Positions 43,401 to 54,051 of a stretch of 64,000 nucleotides of DNA are shown piece after piece; positions within the stretch are counted from its first letter, which is position 1; each line of letters starts with the position of its first letter. The notes under the pieces are model-generated. The model saw only the letters and a list, made by a program, of their open reading frames with translations, did not search any database and was not told the DNA's origin. The stretch spans positions 4,448,001-4,512,000 of the forward strand of contig OZ240241.1 in NCBI GenBank assembly GCA_965198115.1. The letters are read 5' to 3'. The translations under genes were made by a program, and so were the position numbers. The stretch is from Candidatus Latescibacterota bacterium (GTDB taxonomy: Bacteria > Latescibacterota > UBA2968).

Positions 43401-44733
43401 CTGCTCCCACCGAACGATTGAAGTCGACAGTGTTTTATGCCCCCTGCCTCCCGCTCGTGGCAAAGCCGTCTCTCCCCGCAATAGGGCGAAGCCGCAGCGA
43501 CATCTCTTGTCAATAGTCACTGGTCACCTGTCAATGGTCACTGCTACCGGTCAGCGGTCAATCGAATTGCGCCCTCCCGTGCCTGTCCGTACACTCTCGC
43601 GATGCCCCACACCCTCTCGCTCACCGAGGCGGCAACTCGCATCCGCGAAGGAACGCTTCGCAGTAGCGACCTCGTCAGTGCCTGTCTCGACAGGATCCGT
43701 GCAGTCGACACGAACATCGATGCTTGGACCTTCGTCGACACCGAACACGCCCTGAAAACGGCAGCGCAGCGCGACGCCGAGGCGGGGGACCCGAACCTCG
43801 GCCCCTTGCACGGGGTGCCAGTCGGCATCAAGGACATCGTGGAAACCGCCGGTCTCCCGACCGAAGGCGGTTCGAAGTTCCTGAAGGGTCACATACCGGA
43901 AAAGGACGCCCACGCCGTCAGCCGTCTGAAGAAGGCAGGCGCCGTGATTCTCGGTAAGACCGCGACGACCGAGTTTGCCTGCCGCGATCCCGCCAACACG
44001 AGCAACCCCTGGAATCCTGAGCATACGCCCGGAGGGTCGAGCAGCGGTACCGCTGCGGCCGTCGCCTCACGGATGGTCCCGGCCGCCATCGGCTCCCAAA
44101 CCGACCGGCGGGTCGATCTCTCGGCCGGCCGCCTATTGTGGCGTCGTCGGTTTCAAACCGACCTACGGTCGCATCAGCCTCCGAGGTGTCTACCAGGTCA
44201 GCTACAGCCTCGACCATCTGGGTTGCCTCGCGAGATCCGTCGCCGATGTTGCGCTGTTTGCTCGTGCGATGACCGGTCACGACCCGGAGGATCCCTTCAG
44301 CCTCTGTCGCGAAGACGCCTTCACGCGCGGGGAAGAGACTGTTCTCGAAACACCGCGCTTGGGCGTGGCGCATACCTTCTTCCTCGACGTCGCCGAAGAA
44401 GAGGTGGCCAAAACCACCCAGGAAGTGGCATCAGGTCTCACCGCCTCCGGCGCACACGTTTCGGTCGTCCCACTTCCCAAGAGCTTTAAAGACGTGCACA
44501 AAATGCATCGCCTCATCATGTACGCCGAAGCAGCGGCTTACCACGAGACACGATTCAGCCGCAAACCCGGAACCTTCCGACCCGACCTCCGATCGTTGAT
44601 CGAAGAGGGGCTGCTCCTTCCAGCCGCTGCCTACGCCGAAGCTCGGCGTCATCAGGTCATCTTTCGAAACGATATGCGCACCGCCTTTGGTCAAGTCCCA
44701 TAGTCAGTTGAAACTCATCGGGCTCCGTGGTAT

Positions 44734-45981
44734 TCATGCTCTCTGCCGAGCATCTTGATTGTCGCCGAGATTCAGGTTGTTTTTCAGTGCTTGCCTGAGC
44801 AGCGGGAGGTGTTTGTATCCGCTCACGCGTCGCAGGCGTGGTTCGATGTCGAGGAGTGCGGCCGCGACCCATCTGTGTCGCTGAGGAGAGTTGTTCCAGC
44901 GGTTGACCTTCCGTATCAGGTTGCCGGTCATGCTGTTGAGCGCCTCGATGCAATTGGTGGTTCGGAAGCTTCGCTTCAAGAACGGGAGCATCCCCAGCCG
45001 GTGGAGGGTCAGGGTTTCCTCCAGTCCTTCCTCGAGGCTTGCCACGGCAGACTGATTCATCAGCTTGAGTTCGGGTTTGAGTGATTCGAGTGCGGCCTTT
45101 GCCTCCTCGTAGGTGTCGCAGTCATAGGCTTTCTGAAGTTTCCGTCGAACTCTTGGACGTTCTGCCTCCGGGAGGTAGCTGACGACGTTCTCGCGCTTGT
45201 GCCACTGACAGCGATGCACGCACACATCCCCTTTGAGGGCTTTGGTGACGGCACAGCGGAGTCCCTTTGAGCCGTCCAGCACAACGAGAAGGCCCTGGTC
45301 GTAGCACAGGCCTCTCCGGATGAGATCCTGGATCAGCTGACGGCAGATCCGTTCGTTCTCCGTCGCCGATTCGACGAAGCCCAGGGGGATCTTCTGGCCG
45401 TCCGTCGTGACGCCCAGAGCGATCACGATCTCTTCGTCGGCAAAGCTCTTTCCGTCGATGAACAGGGCGACCAAGTCGTAGTCGTCGAGCGGTCGTTCCT
45501 GGAACTGCTTCAGCTTCTTTGCGGTGGCTTTGATGAACCGTCGCGAGACGGAGGATGCCGAGATTCCGAACGCTTCGGGTACCGACTCTGCACAGGCTCT
45601 GTAGTTGCGACAGGAGATTCCCTTGAGCACACGAAGCAGCAGCTTCTCATCCATCGCTCTGGGCCTCTGCATCCCCCGGTATGCGGCCAGAGAAACCTCC
45701 GTATCGGACTCGACGTCGCGCACACGGGGAACGGCCACCGGCAGCTTCTGGTCCATCAGATACACGGACCCTTTCTGGCTTCCCCATCGACGATGCGACT
45801 GCTCTGAACCCTTACGCGCATACCGAACGCCTGCGAGCTGCTCCACCTCCTGCTGGAGCACGTCGGCAACGGCCTCCAGACCCAGCGGAATCAGCGCCCG
45901 GATCACCGATAAACGCGTCTCCAAATCCATAACGTCTGACCCAACCTTGACTTCGCCATCCCCTGCAAATAGCTTCTCCAT
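44734..45981 (-). CDS. IS256-family (mutator-type) transposase
   Basis: LFIDGK, VLDGSKGL, HRCQWHK, RTTNCIE. Confidence 0.92.
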   Translation of the reverse strand: MEKLFAGDGEVKVGSDVMDLETRLSVIRALIPLGLEAVADVLQQEVEQLAGVRYARKGSEQSHRRWGSQKGSVYLMDQKLPVAVPRVRDVESDTEVSLAAYRGMQRPRAMDEKLLLRVLKGISCRNYRACAESVPEAFGISASSVSRRFIKATAKKLKQFQERPLDDYDLVALFIDGKSFADEEIVIALGVTTDGQKIPLGFVESATENERICRQLIQDLIRRGLCYDQGLLVVLDGSKGLRCAVTKALKGDVCVHRCQWHKRENVVSYLPEAERPRVRRKLQKAYDCDTYEEAKAALESLKPELKLMNQSAVASLEEGLEETLTLHRLGMLPFLKRSFRTTNCIEALNSMTGNLIRKVNRWNNSPQRHRWVAAALLDIEPRLRRVSGYKHLPLLRQALKNNLNLGDNQDARQRA

Positions 45982-46061
45982 CGTGGGCTCCTTTCTTACG
46001 GGTACACGCTCTCACACGCGTACCCACAACGTAAGTTTGGAGCCCTTTAAGTTTCAACTAG

Positions 46062-47614
46062 GAGCCTGTCGGAGTACCCAGCCGGAGGAAGATTTCGTAT
46101 TGTAGAAGTGCGATCAAGGTTCCGACTCTGAATTGGAGGTTTCCGTTGAGCACTTCTACTCGGTTTCGTGTCTACAATCCGGCTCAGTTGATGTTGCTGC
46201 CTCCGGATCTCCGGAGTTGGCTTCCCAAGGGTCATCCGACCTACTTCATTCTGGATATCGTCGGACAACTTGATTTGTCCGCGATCTACGAGACCTACGA
46301 TGGGTCTCAAGGTGGCCAGCCACCGTATGATCCCCGGATGATGGTGAGCCTACTGCTGTATGGTTACTGCGAAGGCATCAGGAGTTCCCGCAAGATTGAG
46401 CGTGCGACCTATGACTCCGTTGCTTTCCGTGTGCTCAGCCTGGATCAGCATCCTGATCACGACACGATATCGACCTTTCGTCAACGGCATCTGGATGCCC
46501 TCTCAGGTCTGTTCAGGCAAGTGCTGTGTCTCTGCGTGAAGGCAGGTCTGGTGAAGCTGGGACACGTGGCGTTGGATGGCACGAAAGTCAAAGCAAATGC
46601 CTCAAAACACAAAGCGATGAGCTACGGCCGGATGAAGAAGAAAGAAGCCGAGATCGAGGCCGAAGTGCGCAGACTCTTGACCGAGGCCGAAGCCACTGAC
46701 GCGGCCGAAGACGAACTCTACGGAAAGGACAACCGCGGCGACGAGTTGCCCGAGGAGTTGCAGCACCGGGAGACTCGACTCAAAGTAATCCGCGACGCAA
46801 TAGCCGAGATCGAAGCCGAAGCGGAGGCTGAGTTTCCTGAGAAGCAGGCAGCGTATGAAGAGAAGGTAAAGGCCCGGGAGCGCCGCGGCGGTCGTGGACG
46901 TAAGCCCAAGCCTCCATCGAAAGAGCCCGACTGAAAGGAACAACTGAACTTCACCGATCCCGACTCACGGATCATGGTCTCAGGGGGCCAATTCCTTCAA
47001 GCCTACAACTGCCAAGCTGCTGTGGATGACAAGGCCCAGATTGTCGTTGCTGCCGACGTCACCCAAGAAGCTGATGACAAGAACCAGATGACACCTATGG
47101 TCAACCAGATCAGAGCGAATATGGGCGGCACGACACCCAAGCACCTCACTGCCGACACCGGATACTTCAACCAAAGTCAGGTCGATCAGGTTCAATCAGA
47201 TGGCGTCGACCTCTATGTGGCGACGACAAAACAAAAACATGGAACGCCCATCGCGACCTGCCCCAGGGGACGGATCCCCAAGGGCGCAACGACGAAAGAC
47301 AAAATGGCGAGAAAGCTTCTCACACAGAAAGGTCGCTGCACCTACTGGAAAAGAAAACAGATCATCGAACCCGTGTTTGGACAGATCAAATCCGTTCGGA
47401 ACTTCACCCGATTCTCATTCCGCCGAATCCACAAAGTCATCAGAGAATGGAACCTGATCTGTCTCACACACAACCTTCTGAAACTCTATCGACTCTCATT
47501 GGCTACCTGATCCCGAAGAGAAACTCGGCTCAAGGAAAAACGAAGGTAACCGGTCGCTGACAGACTCAGCTGGACTTAATCTCAACGAGCTTCCGGGTGT
47601 AACCCGACAGGCTC
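46062..47614 (+). mobile_element. IS1182-family element
   Basis: IRs GAGCCTGTCGG / CCGACAGGCTC; CTAG TSD at 46058-46061 and 47615-47618. Confidence 0.92.
46146..47510 (+). pseudogene. IS1182 transposase with in-frame TGA at 46932-46934
   Basis: PPYDPRMM, SSRKIE, PDHDTISTFR, ALDGTKVKANASK, PD*KEQLNFTDPDSRIM, ADTGY, IEPVFGQIK. Confidence 0.88.
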
Positions 47615-47898
47615 CTAGGATAGGGACCTCACCCCGCCTTTCGGGACATCGACATCCTCCTGACACCCGCCGCGCCAGGTCCCGCGCCTCGCGGGCTCCA
47701 CTCGACGGGAGACCCCGCATTCAACGTGCCCTGGAGCTACTCGGGCTACCCCACGATCGTGCTGCCAACCGCTCTCACACGCGACGGGCTGCCCCTGGGC
47801 ATACAGCTCGTCGCACAGCCTTTCGACGAGGCGCGTCTGCTCGACGCCGCCCGGTGGATCGAGCGCCAGATCGGGTTCGATGCGACACCCGCCCTCTG

Positions 47899-49086
47899 AT
47901 GATCCTGTCGTTCCTGCTCAACATCCTGATGACGTCTCCCCTACGTGCCGCTCCACCGTGGGAAGCAGCCATCCATCGCATCATCCACTTGAGCCTCGAC
48001 GAAGACTTCGACGCGGCTCACACCGTCTCCGATTCCCTGATGCGAGCACATCCTCATCGTCCGGAACCCGCCTTCTACAAAGCCGTCGTCTACTGGCGAC
48101 AGGGCATGAATGTGCGCGACGGCGCGAAACTCGATCCGGATGTGTTTCGGTTCGTCGAAGCCACGATCGAACACGCCGAAAACCAGATGCGTCGCCACGG
48201 CGAATCGGCGGAGTTGTTTCTGTGGCTGGGTAATGCCTACGGTCTCCGCACGGGCCTCGAAATGCTGCGTCGCGAAGTGCTCAAAGGCGTCGTCGACGGA
48301 TTTCGGGGTCGCGAGTATCTCACCGAAGCGCTCGAGATCGACCCCGACCTGGTCGACGCCCGATTCGGCCTCGCGCTCTCCGATTACATCCTCGCGACGA
48401 AGCCCCGCATCCTCCGCGTGGTCCAACGGCTTTTCAATCTCCCCTCCGGCGATCGTCGGGGCGGTCTCGAGATGCTCGAACACGTCGCGAAGGAGGGTCG
48501 GTTCGCGGTCACAGACGCCCGATCGGCCCTGGCCTACATCGACCTCTACTACGAACGCGACAGACGCGCCGCATTCGCACGCGGTCGCGACCTTTTGAGG
48601 CGATACCCCAACAGTCTCGACTACCGCATCCGGGCGGTCGACGCGATGCTCGCCCTCAGCATCGAAGAAGGGGACGACCTGTCGTCGGCCCTCGTCGACT
48701 CGATCGCCAGCATCCGCACGATCGCGCGCCAGCGTCGTTCGGAACTCATCGGCTGGAGACGCTTGAAACTCCTGTTCGCCGAAGGTGTGTCGCTCTACCG
48801 ACTGGGGCAGCGCGAAGAGGCCAGAGCGGCGCTGTCACGGGTCGCTGCCACGCACAAAGATGATGACAATTGGTTGATCGGTCCGACGGAGCTCATCCTC
48901 GGGAAGCTGGCCGATCTCGAGGGCAACCGGGAGCGTGCGAAAGCACACTACGCGAAGGCTGAACGCCGCGAGGATGTGTGGGGGAGCTACGCGGAGGCGC
49001 GTCGTCTGCAGGTTAAACCGTTCAACGGTCGGGAACCTGCCCGCCGACCCAAGGACGACAAACAGCGCTATCCTGAGCGACCCTGA
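47899..49086 (+). CDS. Secreted TPR-repeat protein
   Basis: Signal-like N-terminus; helical repeats (ALEIDPDLVDARFGL); TGATG-coupled to the amidase stop. Confidence 0.75.
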   Translation: MILSFLLNILMTSPLRAAPPWEAAIHRIIHLSLDEDFDAAHTVSDSLMRAHPHRPEPAFYKAVVYWRQGMNVRDGAKLDPDVFRFVEATIEHAENQMRRHGESAELFLWLGNAYGLRTGLEMLRREVLKGVVDGFRGREYLTEALEIDPDLVDARFGLALSDYILATKPRILRVVQRLFNLPSGDRRGGLEMLEHVAKEGRFAVTDARSALAYIDLYYERDRRAAFARGRDLLRRYPNSLDYRIRAVDAMLALSIEEGDDLSSALVDSIASIRTIARQRRSELIGWRRLKLLFAEGVSLYRLGQREEARAALSRVAATHKDDDNWLIGPTELILGKLADLEGNRERAKAHYAKAERREDVWGSYAEARRLQVKPFNGREPARRPKDDKQRYPERP

Positions 49087-49088
49087 CC

Positions 49089-50609
49089 GTGCCCGAAACG
49101 ATTTCACCCGCCATCGACGCTCGAGGCTTGACCAAGCGCTACGGCGCCGTCCTCGCCAACGACCGTGTCGACCTGACCCTCGCCCGTGGCGAAATCCACG
49201 GCCTCCTGGGGGAGAACGGCGCGGGAAAGTCGACCGTCGTACACACCATCGCCGGCCTCGTGGCGCCCGAAGAGGGCATCGTTCGAATCCACGGAGAGAC
49301 GCTCGCGCCAGGGTCTCCCGAGGCAGCACTCGCATCGGGGGTCGGACTCGTCGCCCAGCACTTTTCGCTCGTCCCGGACCTGACTGTGTGGGAAAACATC
49401 GTCCTCGGCCGCGAACCGGGAAGATGGGGTTTTATCGATCGCCGACAGGCAAGACGTCGTGCCCGCGATCTGATCGATCAACTGGGCGTCGACATATCCA
49501 CAGACGTCACGGTCGGTCGTCTGCCCATCGGGAATCGACAGATCGTCGAGATTGCCAAAGCCCTCGATCGTCAGACGAGTGTGCTGATCCTCGATGAGCC
49601 CACCTCCACGCTCTCGCCGATCGAGTCCGAGAGATTGTTCGACCTGATCGACCGCCTCCGTGACGGGGGAACCACGATCCTTCTCGTCACCCACCGGATC
49701 ACCGACATCCTCGAACACGCGAACCGCGCTACCGTGTTGCGCGAGGGGCGAGTCGTCCACCGGGCCGAGCAGGAAACGTGGTCGCAATCCGAACTCGTCC
49801 GAGCCATCGTCGGGGATCGAAGTGTCACGACGGCCGCTGGGCCCCCCTCACCGACAGCGGGTCGGACACGGTTGCGCGCGCACAGCCTGACCACCCGTCT
49901 GAGGGAGGGCCAGAATCTCCACGAGGTCACTCTCGATGTTCGTCGGGGCGAAACCGTCGGTCTGGCCGGAGTCGCCGGCAATGGCCAGGAAACGTTGTTG
50001 CGTGTCCTCGTCGGGCTGGTCCCCGTCGAAGACGGACAGATATTGTTGGAGGACGCCGACATCACACACACCTCGGCCAGCACCCGACGGGAGATGGGAT
50101 TCGCCTACATACCGGAAGACAGACACGACGAAGGCACGGTCGATTCCTTCTCGATCGCAGACAACCTGCTCCTCGGAGACCACAGACGGTTCGGCACCGC
50201 GACCCGCATCGACAGCGAAGCCGCCAGGTCCCACGCCGATCGGCTCGTCGAGACGTTCAACATCCGCGGTCCGGATCCGTCAGAGCCGATCGTCGCACTC
50301 TCGGGCGGCAACCAGCAGAAAGTGATCGTGGCGAGAGCTCTGTCCCCCGAACCCAGCCTCGTGCTGGCCGCACAGCCGACCCGGGGTCTCGACCTCGCCG
50401 CCGCCTACGAGATTCGGGAGCGCCTCGCACGCACGAAAGAGAACGGCGGAAGTGTGATCGTCACATCCGCCGATCTGGATGAGCTGTTCGACCTTTGCGA
50501 TCGGATCATTGTCCTCTATGCCGGACGGATTGCCGGTCGTCTCGATCGCGTCGACTACGACCGAAATCGCATCGGCAGACTCATGACGCTGGGCGGAGAA
50601 GACACGTGA
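49089..50609 (+). CDS. ABC transporter ATP-binding protein, CUT2 sugar/nucleoside type (two NBDs)
   Basis: GENGAGKST, ILDEPT, LSGGNQQK, AQPTRGLD. Confidence 0.93.
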   Translation: MPETISPAIDARGLTKRYGAVLANDRVDLTLARGEIHGLLGENGAGKSTVVHTIAGLVAPEEGIVRIHGETLAPGSPEAALASGVGLVAQHFSLVPDLTVWENIVLGREPGRWGFIDRRQARRRARDLIDQLGVDISTDVTVGRLPIGNRQIVEIAKALDRQTSVLILDEPTSTLSPIESERLFDLIDRLRDGGTTILLVTHRITDILEHANRATVLREGRVVHRAEQETWSQSELVRAIVGDRSVTTAAGPPSPTAGRTRLRAHSLTTRLREGQNLHEVTLDVRRGETVGLAGVAGNGQETLLRVLVGLVPVEDGQILLEDADITHTSASTRREMGFAYIPEDRHDEGTVDSFSIADNLLLGDHRRFGTATRIDSEAARSHADRLVETFNIRGPDPSEPIVALSGGNQQKVIVARALSPEPSLVLAAQPTRGLDLAAAYEIRERLARTKENGGSVIVTSADLDELFDLCDRIIVLYAGRIAGRLDRVDYDRNRIGRLMTLGGEDT

Positions 50610-51631
50610 TTCGTCGGGCGCCGATCCTTGCTGGAGTAGGGAGGTCCCTGACCGCCTTGGCCGCCGCCTTCGTCGTCGGTTTCGCCCTGATCGCCGTATC
50701 GGGTGGAGACCCGGGCAGGGCGGCGAGCGCCCTCTTCTACGGGGCCTTCGGTACGCCTACGAACGTGGCCGGCGTCTTGATCAAGACCGTGCCCCTGCTG
50801 CTGACGGGTCTCTCGGTTGCGGTCGCGTTTCGGGTCGGGTTGTTCAACATCGGAGGGGAAGGTCAGCTCTACGTCGGTGCCCTCGTCGCGGCTGCGCTCG
50901 GCGCCCTCGACCTCGGGCTGCCCCGAATCATCCACTTGCCCGTGGTGTTGCTGGCCGCATCTCTGGGCGGGGGACTGTGGGGGGCCATCCCAGGCTGGCT
51001 TCGGGCACGTCGTGGCGTTCACGAAGTCATCAACACCATCATGCTCAACTACATCGCCATCCAGGCCACCGACTACCTCGTCACGGGACCCCTCAACGCC
51101 GGTGCGTATGCCACCAAAACACGTCCGCTGGTCGACACCGCCGTCCTGCCCAGCCTCTGGACCGTGCAACCCACACCCGTGAGCGTGGGCATTCTGCTGG
51201 CGCTGATCGTGTGTGGCCTCGCCGCGTGGTGGCTATTCCTGACCCCGAGTGGAACCGAGTTTCGGGCCGTTGGACTCAACAGAAACGCCGCCCGCGCAGC
51301 TGGCATTCGGGACGCACGGCATCTGGTTCTGGGCATGACCCTCGCGGGTGGCCTGGCCGGACTGGCAGGCAGCCTCGAGGTGACGGGGGTCCACTACACC
51401 CTCTACGCCCAGTTCTCACCCGGCTACGGGTTCGACGGAATCGCCGTCGCCCTCATCGCGCGCAACCATCCGCTCGCTGTTATCCCGGCCGCCCTCCTGT
51501 TCGGATCACTTCGCACCGCCGATCGGTGGTTGCAGCTGGTCGCCGGAGTACCCCGAGATATGGTCATCATCATCCAGGCGGTCGCCGTCCTCGGCGTCGG
51601 CCTCCAGACCGTCCTTACCCGGCGACGCTGA
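50606..51631 (+). CDS. ABC transporter permease (nucleoside/BMP type)
   Basis: GLFNIGGEGQ, VHEVINTIMLNY, GYGFDGIAVAL. Confidence 0.92.
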   Translation: MIRRAPILAGVGRSLTALAAAFVVGFALIAVSGGDPGRAASALFYGAFGTPTNVAGVLIKTVPLLLTGLSVAVAFRVGLFNIGGEGQLYVGALVAAALGALDLGLPRIIHLPVVLLAASLGGGLWGAIPGWLRARRGVHEVINTIMLNYIAIQATDYLVTGPLNAGAYATKTRPLVDTAVLPSLWTVQPTPVSVGILLALIVCGLAAWWLFLTPSGTEFRAVGLNRNAARAAGIRDARHLVLGMTLAGGLAGLAGSLEVTGVHYTLYAQFSPGYGFDGIAVALIARNHPLAVIPAALLFGSLRTADRWLQLVAGVPRDMVIIIQAVAVLGVGLQTVLTRRR

Positions 51632-51768
51632 TGGCCCCTACGGATAGATGAGATAGCGCGATCTCAGCAGTTGCCTAACAGCCAAACGCAAGCTAGGGAA
51701 TGCCTCACGACGCACTTTACTCCCGAACACTGAACACCGAACACTTTCTCTACGACGGAGTCTCACCC

Positions 51769-52392
51769 ATGCTTCTGAAGTCGATCGTCGTCGGTCCCCT
51801 CGAGGTGAACTGTCTCGTCCTGGCCTGTGAAGAAACCCGAAAAGGCATCGTCATCGACCCAGGCGACAACGTGCCCGGAATCCTGCAGCTCGTCAAAGAG
51901 GACGACATCGACGTGATCGAAATCGTTGCCACGCACGGCCACTTCGATCATATCGGCCGCGTCACATCCCTTCAGCAGGAGCTGAACGTGCCGTTCACCA
52001 TCCACCGGGCCGATCTCTTCATGGTCGAAGGCCTCGTAGAGATCGCCTCCTTCCTCGGTGTCGACACGGATGACGCCCCACGCGTGGATCGCTTCATAGA
52101 AGAGGGAGACACCATCGCCTTCGGCCAAGAAACGCTCGACATCGTCCACACACCCGGCCACGCACCGGGCAACGTCACCTTCCTATGGCCCGACCACGCC
52201 ATCGTCGGCGACGTGATCTTCGCCGGCTCCATCGGCCGAACGGATCTCGAAGGTGCCGATCCCGACACTCTCATGCGGTCGATTCGTGAAAAGGTGATGG
52301 TTCTTCCAGATGAAACCCACCTCTACCCTGGCCACGGCCCATTCACCACGGTCGGTCAGGAGCGCCGCACGAATCCATTTCTTCAGACGTAG
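51769..52392 (+). CDS. MBL-fold metallohydrolase (GloC/YcbL-like)
   Basis: THGHFDHIG, HTPGHAPG, GDVIFAGSIGRTDL, PGHGP, ERRTNPF. Confidence 0.9.
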   Translation: MLLKSIVVGPLEVNCLVLACEETRKGIVIDPGDNVPGILQLVKEDDIDVIEIVATHGHFDHIGRVTSLQQELNVPFTIHRADLFMVEGLVEIASFLGVDTDDAPRVDRFIEEGDTIAFGQETLDIVHTPGHAPGNVTFLWPDHAIVGDVIFAGSIGRTDLEGADPDTLMRSIREKVMVLPDETHLYPGHGPFTTVGQERRTNPFLQT

Positions 52393-52604
52393 CTCAAGAT
52401 CGGTTCCAGACTCTTTCGAACATCGGAAATCACCAATCGGATTTCGGATATCGATTTGTGTTCTGCCGAATGTCCATCATCGATGTCTGAGTCCACTCGA
52501 CGTTCGGAGTTGGTCATTCGATGTTCGAAGTTCGCCCTCAACGGGCAATGAAATGGCCTCCCCTTGAAAGGAGAGGCCGGCGGTTCATCGCAGGACGTCA
52601 ATGA

Positions 52605-53825
52605 TCAAGGCGCAGCCGCGTCTTCTCCAGCTCCCCCGCTCAGGGCTTCCTCGAAGATCCCCGAGAGAATCGTCAGGTCGGCCAGATCGATGGCCCCGTT
52701 GGCATTCAGATCGAACCGGCCGTCGAACCCTTGTTGCGTAGACGTCGTCCCGAAGACCGAGGCAAACAGAAGAAAGTCACGGAAGTCAGTAACCCGGCTG
52801 CCGTCGAAATCGATTGAACTGGAGATCAGAACCGACCCGGTTCCGGAATGCAGGAACCTGCCCCCCCGAAGCATTTCCCCTCGAACAAGGGAGACACGTG
52901 CTTCACGGAGACCCGCCTCCGGCGTGAAGATCAGGTTCCCGATGAAGCCCGAATTGTCACCGATGGCGTTCACCGTATCGGCCACCGTCACCAGAATCGA
53001 GGTGCCTGTCGTATCGGCCGGGAGGGTGCTCGCTCCCGCGAACACGCCACCGCTATCGACGGTACCGGGCTGGAACGACTCGAACGTAAGCCCGGGCTGA
53101 ACCACGAATTCCAAGATGAACCCGACGGCACTACGAATCCTGTTTCCGTGGACCTCCACCCTCACGTCCGAATCCGCACCCACACCGAACAGCTGGGTGC
53201 GTCCCTGATCCCGGCGCGGCTCCGGCTCTACGCGTGACGTATCTACATCGAGGGTAAGATCGAAATCCGTATTCGTGATCAGGAAGAACGCCTCGCCAAC
53301 CGCCACGGAATCACGCTGACCCGTGCGACCGTCGACCACCTGGGTCCGCCCGCCCTCGAGACGCACGGTCGTCCCCGAGTCGATGTCCTGAAGGGCACGC
53401 AGTTTCACCGTCGCGATGTATCCGTTCGCACCGATCGTACGGCTCGCTCCATTGAAGACGGATGTGATCGCTCCCCGCGCCTCTCCCGATCGCCCGACCA
53501 ACCCCTCGATGGAGTGGATGCTGAAGAACCTGGAGAACGCGTGCAGATCACCCGGGAGCGGGGTGTTCTCGAACACGAGCGTGATTCCTTCGATCGACAG
53601 CCCTTCCCCCTCTGGAAGGAACAGGTCGAACGTCACGAGTTCGCCCGAGGCGACGGGCGGAAGGGTTTGCGTGGAATCGTTGAAAATAGGCGGAATCGCC
53701 TCAACCTGCGTGTCGATCAACAGGGATTCACCTTCGAAGCTGCCCGCTGCAACGTCTACTGCCGGCAGCAGGATCGCCAGGGTGTAAAAAACCAGCCTGT
53801 TCAGGGATGTTCGAACGTGCATCAT
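52605..53825 (-). CDS. Secreted beta-sandwich (cohesin-like) protein with dockerin-like EF-hand tail
   Basis: Signal peptide; two beta-rich domains (NGYIATVKL, SGFIGNLIF); tail DFDGSRVTDFRDFLLFASVFG...FDLNANGAIDLADL. Confidence 0.7.
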   Translation of the reverse strand: MMHVRTSLNRLVFYTLAILLPAVDVAAGSFEGESLLIDTQVEAIPPIFNDSTQTLPPVASGELVTFDLFLPEGEGLSIEGITLVFENTPLPGDLHAFSRFFSIHSIEGLVGRSGEARGAITSVFNGASRTIGANGYIATVKLRALQDIDSGTTVRLEGGRTQVVDGRTGQRDSVAVGEAFFLITNTDFDLTLDVDTSRVEPEPRRDQGRTQLFGVGADSDVRVEVHGNRIRSAVGFILEFVVQPGLTFESFQPGTVDSGGVFAGASTLPADTTGTSILVTVADTVNAIGDNSGFIGNLIFTPEAGLREARVSLVRGEMLRGGRFLHSGTGSVLISSSIDFDGSRVTDFRDFLLFASVFGTTSTQQGFDGRFDLNANGAIDLADLTILSGIFEEALSGGAGEDAAAP

Positions 53826-54051
53826 CGGCTTTCCGTAACCTCGTGAATACGTCGAAAACGAAACCAAGAGCCCTCCTTCTTAGATCGGCCGTTTCGCCGT
53901 TCTCCTTGACCTCCGAGAATCCGAAAAAGACCGCCACGACGCGGAAAAACGAAGACAAGAGGGTGCCCATCACACCTCGGCGGTTTGAATCCGACCCGAC
54001 GCCCCCTATATTGCCTCCATCCGACTTTGAAAGGATGGTAGACCACCTCAC

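Larger units (their letters stand above)
44689..47633 (-). mobile_element. IS256-family element carrying a nested IS1182
   Basis: 8-bp TSD CCGCCTTT at 44681-44688 and 47634-47641; IRs GGTCAAGTCCCATAGTCAGTTGAAACT / GGTGAGGTCCCTATCCTAGTTGAAACT. Confidence 0.92.
43602..47899 (+). pseudogene. Amidase (amidase-signature family) with a 4-bp duplication frameshift and an IS256/IS1182 insertion
   Basis: GPLHGVPVGIKD, PGGSSSG, GSQTGGSISRPA (ACCG duplicated at 44100-44107); resumes after 47641 as RDIDILLTPAAP...GLPLGIQLV to TGA at 47897-47899. Confidence 0.9.

Noticed and set aside
2726-46934. Genome-wide UGA reassignment (three in-frame TGAs)
   Set aside because: Many intact genes end in TGA with coupled starts (156, 12996, 38013, 47899, 57602), Trp is encoded by TGG, an in-frame TAA also occurs, and two of the TGAs are in already-degraded elements
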